This document shows, in pieces, positions 6,990 through 13,959 of a DNA stretch of 32,000 nucleotides. The DNA comes from Planctopirus limnophila DSM 3776. GTDB taxonomy: Bacteria; Planctomycetota; Planctomycetia; Planctomycetales; Planctomycetaceae. Location: NCBI RefSeq assembly GCF_000092105.1, contig NC_014148.1, positions 2,070,001-2,102,000 on the forward strand. The letters run 5' to 3'. Within the stretch, counting starts at the first letter, position 1. The number at the start of each line of letters is the position of its first letter. The notes beneath the pieces were generated by a model. It ran no database searches and was not told the origin of the DNA. It worked only from the letters and a program-made list of their open reading frames with translations. A program made the position numbers and the translations under genes.

Positions 6990-7235
6990 TCATTCAATCG
7001 TGTAGGTAATTCCGCGTGCGGTCAATTCATCACAAATAGATCTTACAATTCGATCATGGTCTGCTTTAGTAAAGACATCACTCTCATGAGGTGGAAGCCA
7101 TCCTGTTAACGAAGATTCAAATATATCGAAATCTGTCTGATTGCCATTAACACGCATTAATGCTTCTACAGAAATTTTGGCTTGCCGCCCACCTTCTTCG
7201 AAAGTGATAGCCCCGGTTGTCATGTGGACAATCAT
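6990..7235 (-). CDS. small protein (81 aa; 77 aa from the second Met), orphan immunity-like
   Basis: Clean ORF in an AT-rich segment. Sequence: MTTGAITFEEGGRQAKISVEALMRVNGNQTDFDIFESSLTGWLPPHESDVFTKADHDRIVRSICDELTARGITYTIE. Its size, position in an rhs island and the W-PP...I...I...L...GI pattern recall small alpha+beta polymorphic-toxin immunity proteins. This is from memory only and was not searched. Confidence 0.55.
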   Translation of the reverse strand: MIVHMTTGAITFEEGGRQAKISVEALMRVNGNQTDFDIFESSLTGWLPPHESDVFTKADHDRIVRSICDELTARGITYTIE

Positions 7236-7301
7236 TTTAAGTTCTCACTAGTTACACATTGCAATTGTTTGCCACGAATTTACTTCATGATGGAATAGCA
7301 C

Positions 7302-7360
7302 CTTTGCCTATGGCACACATGTCGCTCGTCTGCAAGTCACCTGTGTGCCATAGGCAAAAG
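7302..7360 (-). repeat. junction hairpin copy D (longest, near-perfect palindrome)
   Basis: CTTTGCCTATGGCACACATGT (7302-7322) pairs with ACCTGTGTGCCATAGGCAAAAG (7339-7360). The 16-nt loop is cgctcgtctgcaagtc. Confidence 0.75.
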
Positions 7361-7491
7361 ATGCATTGTTTCCAAAACTCTCGTGGGCACCTTAAAAGGT
7401 TTCATGTTCGGCTGACTCAGGCAGGCTGCTCATCCTCTGGTCGTTTCACCACCCCGGTAGAAATCAGAATTTCAACCGGGGCCACCCTGCG
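7339..7491. repeat. repeated intergenic unit Y
   Basis: Collinear with unit X. Distal block: CCACCCCGGTAGAAATCAGAATTTCAACCGGGGCCACCCTGCG (7449-7491), with internal dyad CCGGTAGAAAT/ATTTCAACCGG. Confidence 0.7.
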
Positions 7492-7607
7492 AATTCAGCA
7501 CGAGTTTAGAAATGCTTCACGGGACTCGGCAATCGCATCGGAAAACAAGGTTTCATTAATTGGTCCTAAAAGAATGACGAGAATCATTGAGTCCAGCCCC
7601 CTTTGTC

Positions 7608-7925
7608 TTACCCGATGGGTGACTCTTGCTTCGTTGGATTGTCAAATGGAAAGAGCGAACGAAATGCATAAGTTTGGACGCTAGGAAGTGCGTGATGCGA
7701 CAACTCTCTAAGACGCCGAATGAATGCAACAGTGTTGTATCTCTCTGCCGATATTTCGCTCGTAATTAATGTTCCAATATTGACGAGATCATCATTATCA
7801 GACAGCAACAGCCGCAGCAACTCTTCTACATCCCTGCTTTCACGAAACTGATCCACCAAACGTGTCAATCCATCGACTCCATCGGCTCCGCTGTTGACGA
7901 TTTCTAATACTTCATCTTCTATCAT
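7608..7925 (-). CDS. small helical-repeat protein (105 aa from Met at 7925), orphan immunity-like
   Basis: AT-rich ORF. Sequence: MIEDEVLEIVNSGADGVDGLTRLVDQFRESRDVEELLRLLLSDNDDLVNIGTLITSEI..., acidic and HEAT/ARM-like in pattern. No family was recognised with certainty. Confidence 0.55.
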   Translation of the reverse strand: MIEDEVLEIVNSGADGVDGLTRLVDQFRESRDVEELLRLLLSDNDDLVNIGTLITSEISAERYNTVAFIRRLRELSHHALPSVQTYAFRSLFPFDNPTKQESPIG

Positions 7926-8029
7926 TGTGTATCTTCTCCAGTGCACTTTTAAGTTTCTGAAGGAATCCCCTCTCCTATGCTATACGTCTTTCATGAAAGG
8001 TGCGTTCGAGTTCGGTTCCCTTTCAAGTT

Positions 8030-8072
8030 CACAGGGTGGCCCCGGTTGAAATCCTGATTTCGACCGAGGTGG
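8030..8072. repeat. third, inverted copy of the distal block of units X/Y
   Basis: CACAGGGTGGCCCCGGTTGAAATCCTGATTTCGACCGAGGTGG is the reverse complement of the consensus CCACC...GT.GAAATCA..ATTTCAACCGGGGCCACCCTG.G. Confidence 0.7.
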
Positions 8073-8210
8073 CTTTGCAGGGTGAACCAAATTGTGCGTC
8101 AAAGACAGTCCAGAGCTGCAAGCATGGCACAGAGTTGCCTGCATTTCACACTGAAAGTTTAAATTTCATGGATGCGTATGAGTCCATTCGATTCAGACCC
8201 ATGTTAACTG

Positions 8211-9410
8211 CTACCAGCAGCGGCCGCGGAGTTTTTTGAGGGTTTCTTCCAACAAGCGGAGATCCTGGCGGTCGTTGTAGAGGTGGCAGGAGATGCGAAG
8301 GTGGCGGGTGTTGTTCCAGAACATGACGGGGGCCTCGATACGGGCTGTTTCCCAGAGGCCAACCTGAAGCGGGTCGGAGTCGGCCTTCGGGAGTGGCAAC
8401 TCGCTGGGAGGCAAGGGGACCGCGACCATCGTGCCACACCACGCCATGTCCGCTGGAGCGATCGCTTTGGTGCCGAAGAGGTCTTCCAGCATGGCTCGGG
8501 CCTCGCAGGCAAGGGCGAAACCCCGCTTGCGGAAGTGATCGAGGCCAAACGATTCCATGAACTGGATCGCTGTCGGCACCGCGAGGTAGTGGTCTGGGTC
8601 GCGAGTGCCTTGCCAGCGAAGTTCATCCTGCCAGGCTGCGGCACGTCCTGCGACAGGGCGGCCCCAACTCAGCATGGGAGCACGGACCTTCGCTTGCCAT
8701 TCCGGTGCGACGTAAAGGAAGCCAGTTCCTAAGGGAGCACAGAGCCACTTGTGCAGGCTTGCACAATAAAAGGCCGCTCCTAGTTCTCCCAGTGAAAAGT
8801 CCTGCATGGCAATGGCATGCGGGCCATCAATGACGACGGGAATCTCCCGCTGCTTGAATTCGGCCATCAGCTCGCGAACGGGGAAAACGGTCGCGGTTGC
8901 GGATGTCACATGACTGAGAATAACGAGCCGAGTGCGCGGTGTGACGGCGTGGAGCAGGGGCTCGATAACATCTGAGGGATCGTGAAATGGCCTCAGGTTA
9001 GACGTCACGAGTTTGGCACCGGCGACTGTACAGGCTCGTTCCCAGATGCGGCGGACGGCTCCATATTCGTGGTCGTTGAACAGGACTTCGTCGCCGGGCC
9101 TCAGTTCGAACGAGGCGGCGACAACGTTCATGGCGGTGGTAGCGTTTTCGATAAACAGCAGGTCATTGGGAGAGCATTTCAGGAAACTGGCGAGAGCGGC
9201 TTTCGCCTGCTCGACTTCATGATCCAGTTCGCGGACGAAGCCATTCATAGGATTGGCGGCAAGGCGTTGCGACCATTGCTGCCGGGCCTCCTGGACGGGA
9301 AGAGGAGTCGGGCCAAAAGAACCGTGATTGAGGTAAGTCACACCTTCGGCAATCCTCCAGAAGTTCCTTTTGATGTGAGTGGCATCGTTGAGTTGCAGCA
9401 GATCGGTCAT
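8211..9410 (-). CDS. class V aminotransferase-fold PLP-dependent enzyme (isopenicillin-N-epimerase / cysteine-desulfurase-like)
   Basis: Motifs: LNHGSFGPTP, NATTAMNVVA, ILSHVTSATA, VIDGPHA, and the PLP-lysine context ASLHKWLCAPLGTGFLYV. Start placed at MTDLLQLND (9410). The upstream 51 codons of the tracked ORF look non-coding. Confidence 0.8.
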   Translation of the reverse strand: MTDLLQLNDATHIKRNFWRIAEGVTYLNHGSFGPTPLPVQEARQQWSQRLAANPMNGFVRELDHEVEQAKAALASFLKCSPNDLLFIENATTAMNVVAASFELRPGDEVLFNDHEYGAVRRIWERACTVAGAKLVTSNLRPFHDPSDVIEPLLHAVTPRTRLVILSHVTSATATVFPVRELMAEFKQREIPVVIDGPHAIAMQDFSLGELGAAFYCASLHKWLCAPLGTGFLYVAPEWQAKVRAPMLSWGRPVAGRAAAWQDELRWQGTRDPDHYLAVPTAIQFMESFGLDHFRKRGFALACEARAMLEDLFGTKAIAPADMAWCGTMVAVPLPPSELPLPKADSDPLQVGLWETARIEAPVMFWNNTRHLRISCHLYNDRQDLRLLEETLKKLRGRCW

Positions 9411-9633
9411 TGTGAATCGACTACGGGGACTGGAGTGTTGAGAATTCGTTCGTGGAGGCAACCAGAATTGTAATCGATGTTTTGCGAAGAAGGTGGTCTC
9501 CCCCTTTGCAAAACGACCTGCTTCCAGCCACAATGCGACGAATTCACATGCGTTGATCTTCAATGGGTCAATGAACGTGATTCTGATCGAACAGCATTGA
9601 GTCTGGCAAAAGTCGTGAAACGGGAGAATTCCA

Positions 9634-10857
9634 GTGGCAAGTGTAAAGACGTTGGCCAGTGCCGCGTTGACCGAAGGTCGTGGTGTATTCCGATTGTCCC
9701 CGACGTGGGTTCCGCGCTCGTTCCTGCAGCCAGGCCGTCGGCTGAAACTGCATCCAGCAGACTATTACGCCCTGGGAACACATCGCGGCGGGATTGATGA
9801 GCGCTGGTTTGGCTCGACGACAGAAGCTGCCAATGAAGGACGTGCTCACGATGAAGGCCTGAGCTACTGCGTGGCTGGCGGGGAAAAATTCCTGCTGCGG
9901 GATGCAGTCGAAGAACTCGGCGCGGAGATCGTGGGCGAGCACATCTGGTCGAAGTATAAGAAATGGCCGGTCTACTCGAAGTTCTTCGACAACATGGGGC
10001 CTATTCCTCACCACATGCACCAGAACGCCGAGCAGGCCAAGCTGGTCGGTCAGGAAGGGAAGCCCGAAAGTTATTACTTCCCGCCGCAGCTCAACAATGT
10101 GGGGAATAATTTCCCCTATACGTTCATGGGTTTTGAACCCGGGACGACCAAAGAGCAAGTGGTGGCCTGCCTCGATCGCTGGAATGACGGCGATAACGGC
10201 ATCCTCGATCTGTCGAAGGCTTACCGGTTGAAGGTTGGCACAGGCTGGTTGATTCCGCCATGCATTCTGCATGCTCCGGGCTCACTGCTGACTTACGAAC
10301 CACAGTGGGGCAGCGATGTCTTCGGGATGTACCAGTCCATGGTGGAAGGCCGGGCAGTGCCACGTTCACTGCTGACGAAGGACTTCCCGGAAGAGAAGCA
10401 TGGCGATAATCAGTATCTTGTCGACGCGCTCGACTGGGAAGGGAACGTCAATCCGAACTTCAAGGATAGCCACTATCTGGAACCCATCGTGGCTTCGGGG
10501 AGTGACAAAGAAGGCTTTATTGATCGCTGGATCGTTTATGGTCGCATCAAGGGAGCCCAGGATTTCACCGCCAAGGAACTGACCATTCAACCCGGCACCA
10601 AAGTCACTATCAAGGACGGCGGCGCCTACGGCTGGATCACGGTGCAGGGCGAAGGGTCAGTCAATGGCCTGAAGCTGCAGACACCATCGATGATTCGTTT
10701 TGGTCAAATGACGATGGACGAAGTCTTTGTCACCGCCAAGGCTGCTAAAGAAGGTGTAACCTTCGAGAATACAGGGACGGATCCACTGGTCGGTCTGCGT
10801 TATTTTGGCCCGGAAGCTCAGCCCGAAGCTCCAGAGATCGGTGCCTGGAAGAAGTAA
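9634..10857 (+). CDS. cupin-fold protein, class I phosphomannose-isomerase-like (putative sugar isomerase)
   Basis: GTG start with GGGAGA 8 nt upstream. Metal-site-like PIPHHMHQNAEQ and GTGWLIPPCILHAPGSLLTYEPQWGSDV resemble the PMI HxH and HA.G...E.Q..SD motifs. A terminator follows. Confidence 0.55.
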   Translation: MASVKTLASAALTEGRGVFRLSPTWVPRSFLQPGRRLKLHPADYYALGTHRGGIDERWFGSTTEAANEGRAHDEGLSYCVAGGEKFLLRDAVEELGAEIVGEHIWSKYKKWPVYSKFFDNMGPIPHHMHQNAEQAKLVGQEGKPESYYFPPQLNNVGNNFPYTFMGFEPGTTKEQVVACLDRWNDGDNGILDLSKAYRLKVGTGWLIPPCILHAPGSLLTYEPQWGSDVFGMYQSMVEGRAVPRSLLTKDFPEEKHGDNQYLVDALDWEGNVNPNFKDSHYLEPIVASGSDKEGFIDRWIVYGRIKGAQDFTAKELTIQPGTKVTIKDGGAYGWITVQGEGSVNGLKLQTPSMIRFGQMTMDEVFVTAKAAKEGVTFENTGTDPLVGLRYFGPEAQPEAPEIGAWKK

Positions 10858-10887
10858 CGACTATCACGAAGCAAGTGATGCTCTTGG

Positions 10888-10920
10888 GCGGGGGATTGAC
10901 AACAATCCCCCGCATTTTTT
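10888..10920 (+). terminator. rho-independent terminator
   Basis: GCGGGGGATT (10888-10897) / AATCCCCCGC (10904-10913), followed by ATTTTTT. Confidence 0.8.
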
Positions 10921-11012
10921 GATATACTTCTGCGGTGATGGTCTTTGATTTCATCAATCGAGATGAAGAAGTCGCCTGTGATCTGGCAACGAATTTTTCC
11001 TGGAGATTCGCC

Positions 11013-11612
11013 ATGTCGATTGCTCCGATGCCTCCTGTCACACTGGATGAATTTCTGCGGAGTGAAGCGGAAGCTCCCGAGGGTGTGACGTTAGAACTGA
11101 TCGATGGCAAATTGGTGGAGAGGCCATCGATGACGACACGAGGAAGATTGCATGCATTCGTGATGTCGCTTCTCGTCTATGAACTTGTGAGATGGAGCCA
11201 GTCTTTCCATCAAAAACCTGTTGAGATTGGCAGTGGCGAAGCGAGATGCCGTCTGACGATGGAGAATGATACAATTGTTGGTGTTGATGCAGGTGTGTGG
11301 ATTGGTGAACAATATGCGTCACCATCCAACGACCCGCCACTTTACGAAGGCCCACCTGTTGTCGCCGCTGAGATTCTTTCGCCGAGCGATAAAAATGAGT
11401 ATGTCGATGAAAAAATCGCTGCTTATCTTGCCGCTGGTGTTCATCAGGTCTGGATCCTCGATCCGATGTGGCGAACCGTAACGGTCTATCGCCCAGACTC
11501 AAAACCAGCTTTCTATGCCGAAGACGATGTCCTTAATGCGGCTCCCGATTTGCCCGGATTTTCACTGCCTGTTTCCCAGTTTTTCAGCAAGTATGTCAAA
11601 CGACCTGTCTGA
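11013..11612 (+). CDS. Uma2 family (DUF820) putative endonuclease
   Basis: Family-typical pattern: ELIDGKLVERPSMTTRGRLHAFV, VDAGVW, PPVVAAEILSPSD, YLAAGVHQVWILDP..RTVTVYR, PDLPGFSLPVSQFF. ATG at 11013 with GGAGA 7 nt upstream. Confidence 0.8.
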   Translation: MSIAPMPPVTLDEFLRSEAEAPEGVTLELIDGKLVERPSMTTRGRLHAFVMSLLVYELVRWSQSFHQKPVEIGSGEARCRLTMENDTIVGVDAGVWIGEQYASPSNDPPLYEGPPVVAAEILSPSDKNEYVDEKIAAYLAAGVHQVWILDPMWRTVTVYRPDSKPAFYAEDDVLNAAPDLPGFSLPVSQFFSKYVKRPV

Positions 11613-11657
11613 AAATTCCCTTTCAATATCCTTGCCATTTCCTGAGGAAATTCTTCC

Positions 11658-12686
11658 ATGACGCACTCGCTGCCCAAGCTTCATAACGCCATGTGGCCCG
11701 GCCTCGTTGGTAAAGAACCAGGAACAGACCATCCACCCATCAGCCTCGAAAAAATGCTCGAAATGACGGGGAAGGCACATGTTAATGGTGTGACTTACGA
11801 TGGCGTTGATCTGTTCCTGTTTCACCCACACACTGATCCTGATGCAAGTGAAACGGCCATTCGCAACATGGCGGATCTCATAGCTGCCCACGGTCTCAAG
11901 GTGGGTTCCCTGGTGGCACCGGTCTGGCCGGGAACGGTCGGCGATTCGGCCATGGGTGATGAAGCCGCTCGTAAGAAGTTCGTGCTGGCTGTCGAAAAGG
12001 CTTGCCGCATTGGCAAGATTCTGCGTGAGCACGGCGTGCGCGAATATGGCGTCATCCGCATCGATTCTGCGACTGGCACTTCAACATGGCATGATGACCC
12101 CAAAGGGAACACCGCCAAGATCGCCAAGACGTTTCAGGAAGCGGCCAGTGTGGCGGCCAGCTACAACGAGCGCCTGGCAGCCGAAGGCGAGATCTGCTGG
12201 GCGGGGATGCACTCCTGGAAAGATATGGTTGATCTGCTGGAAGCTGTTGATCGTCCGAAGACCGTCGGTTTCCAGGCCGATCTGGCACATACCTACCTCT
12301 ACCTGCTCGGCTACAACGCGGAAGAGCATGCCCTGCTGAAGCCTGGTTACTCAGATGAAGAGTTCTGGGCTGCCTACAAAATCATGACTGACGCACTGCG
12401 TCCATGGACCATCGATTTCCACGTCGCTCAGAACGATGGTTCTGTCCATGGTACTGGCAGCCATGACAAGACCGGTCGCCACTGCCCGGCAGATGATCCG
12501 AATGGCAAGCTGGATATTGTGAAGTGTGCTGGCTATTGGCTGCAGGGAGCCAAAGAACGTGGTATCGAGCATATCTGTTGGGATGGCTGCATGTTCCCGA
12601 ACGCCACTCTGGAAAATCAGCAGACCTGGAACACCATTCTCAAGACAATGATCGATGTCCGCGAGGCTGCTGGCTGGGACAAATAG
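11658..12686 (+). CDS. sugar phosphate isomerase/epimerase (xylose-isomerase-like TIM barrel)
   Basis: N-terminus [13 protein letters not shown], then [49 protein letters not shown]. This pattern is typical of planctomycetal TIM-barrel isomerase-like proteins. SD GAGGAAA. Confidence 0.8.
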   Translation: MTHSLPKLHNAMWPGLVGKEPGTDHPPISLEKMLEMTGKAHVNGVTYDGVDLFLFHPHTDPDASETAIRNMADLIAAHGLKVGSLVAPVWPGTVGDSAMGDEAARKKFVLAVEKACRIGKILREHGVREYGVIRIDSATGTSTWHDDPKGNTAKIAKTFQEAASVAASYNERLAAEGEICWAGMHSWKDMVDLLEAVDRPKTVGFQADLAHTYLYLLGYNAEEHALLKPGYSDEEFWAAYKIMTDALRPWTIDFHVAQNDGSVHGTGSHDKTGRHCPADDPNGKLDIVKCAGYWLQGAKERGIEHICWDGCMFPNATLENQQTWNTILKTMIDVREAAGWDK

Positions 12687-12737
12687 GCCTTGTCGTCATC
12701 TCCCGCTTGAACTCCCTCTCTATTGAACTCATACGAC

Positions 12738-12778
12738 AAAAGGCAGTGTCTTCTCATGAAGCACTGCCTTTTGTTTTT
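12738..12778 (+). terminator. rho-independent terminator
   Basis: AAAGGCAGTG (12738-12747) / CACTGCCTTT (12762-12771), followed by TGTTTTT. Confidence 0.8.
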
Positions 12779-12949
12779 ACCTGAACACACTTCTATAGAA
12801 CAATATTATTACTGAATCCATGCTTTCAATAACGTCTCTAGCTACTGGCCAGTGCGGGCCTCTGATGGCGCCCCAGAATGCGATATTGCTTCTGATCGTG
12901 ATGTCGCCGGAGCAGCTTCAGCGACTAGTGTAGAAGTGGTGTTGTCGGG

Positions 12950-13867
12950 CTACGTTGACGAACGAGATTCGGTAGATGATACAGGTTCTTGTGAAACAGG
13001 AACTGCTGGCAATTCGTTGACATCAAAGACTTGAACATTGACTTCCATGTGATTGAAGGCATTGGATGGGCCTGACCAGTAGCCGGCCAGTGGCGAGGCT
13101 TTGTCCTGCTCACGAGAAACACCGACCGAGACATGTTCAGCTCCAGCGAGCTTATTATTTGTCGGATCAAAGCCACGCCATCCCGCACCCGGAAGATAGA
13201 TTTCGGTCCAGGCATGTGTTGAGCCATGTTGCTCGGCGCCCATCTGGACATAACCCGTCACAAATCGTGCCGCAAGCCCCCAGTGCCGGGCGGCTTCCAT
13301 CATCAGGACAGCGTAATCTCGACAGGAACCTGTTCCTAAGCGAATCGTTTCACACGGAAGCTGAACGCCCGGTTCTTCCCGATGCATATACTGAAACGAC
13401 TCATAAATGCGTGTATTCAGAGTGGTTAGTAAATCGGCGGTATTGAGGAGTTGTCCCGGTTGATACAGTGTAGAAAGCCATTCATGAATCACCGCGCCGT
13501 CAGCAGGATAGCTGGGTAACCGGAATGGGAACAATTCGACCTGCTCATCAGCACTGTACTGAAATGGATAGGACTGTCCGATGGGATCAATCGAACAACT
13601 CAGGCCATAATCATCATAGAGATCAACTTCGACTTCGCTATAGAAACGAAGTTTACTGGCAGGTTCAAGAAAGTTAATAATTGCTATGCTGTTGCCGTAG
13701 ATATCGCGAACCCAGCGAACTTCTGCAGCCGGCTCGATTTCCAACCTGGAAGAAATAATATGCAGGTCATGACCCTCGCGGGGCCTGACCATGGCACGAT
13801 GCGGGCCGAGCGTTACTGGTTCGTTGTAGTGATATTCGGTGTTATGAATAATCCGGATGCGTTTCAA
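12950..13867 (-). CDS. transglutaminase-family protein (N-terminal bacterial TGase-like region plus TGase core)
   Basis: MKRIRIIHNTEYHYNEPV start (TTG, GAGGA 6 nt upstream). Core Cys/His/Asp context: GTGSCRDYAVLMMEAARHWGLAARFVTGY ... HAWTEIYLPGAGWRGFDPTN. Confidence 0.9.
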   Translation of the reverse strand: MKRIRIIHNTEYHYNEPVTLGPHRAMVRPREGHDLHIISSRLEIEPAAEVRWVRDIYGNSIAIINFLEPASKLRFYSEVEVDLYDDYGLSCSIDPIGQSYPFQYSADEQVELFPFRLPSYPADGAVIHEWLSTLYQPGQLLNTADLLTTLNTRIYESFQYMHREEPGVQLPCETIRLGTGSCRDYAVLMMEAARHWGLAARFVTGYVQMGAEQHGSTHAWTEIYLPGAGWRGFDPTNNKLAGAEHVSVGVSREQDKASPLAGYWSGPSNAFNHMEVNVQVFDVNELPAVPVSQEPVSSTESRSST

Positions 13868-13959
13868 TTGATCCTCGGATGGTTTCTGCAGAACTCACTT
13901 TTGCGAACCATTAATGATGTTTCGCGAGAAGTCTTTGGTATATGAATTGAAGACCTGCC

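Noticed and set aside
8041-8060. tRNA fragment or att site, because GGTTGAAATCC resembles a T-arm (GGTTCGAATCC)
   Set aside because: The flanking bases do not form the T stem, and no acceptor or anticodon arms could be drawn.
6896-8072. CRISPR array or CRISPR-repeat-like sequence (GTAGAAATCAGAATTTCAACCGG)
   Set aside because: There are only three dispersed copies with spacings of hundreds of nt containing genes, one copy is inverted, and there are no cas genes.
6702-8239. ORFs 6702..6959 (-), 6751..7005 (+), 7259..7684 (+) and 8000..8239 (+), which share peptide-level similarity (VEI.IS)
   Set aside because: The similarity comes from translating the repeated non-coding unit in whichever frame is open, and the ORFs run on different strands relative to the repeat.
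8146-8732. ORFs overlapping the PLP enzyme gene (8146..8442, 8204..8644, 8283..8732)
   Set aside because: These are alternative-frame or antisense shadows of a well-supported gene, with Pro/Arg/Ser-rich translations.
9411-9563. N-terminal 51-codon extension of the PLP enzyme ORF
   Set aside because: The extension (MKINACEFVALWLEAGRFAKG...) lacks family similarity. The family-typical N-terminus begins at MTDLLQLND (ATG 9410).
9568-10272. 234-aa minus-strand ORF
   Set aside because: It is antisense to the PMI-like gene, which has metal-site and HA.G...E.Q..SD motifs and a terminator. The antisense translation has no motifs.
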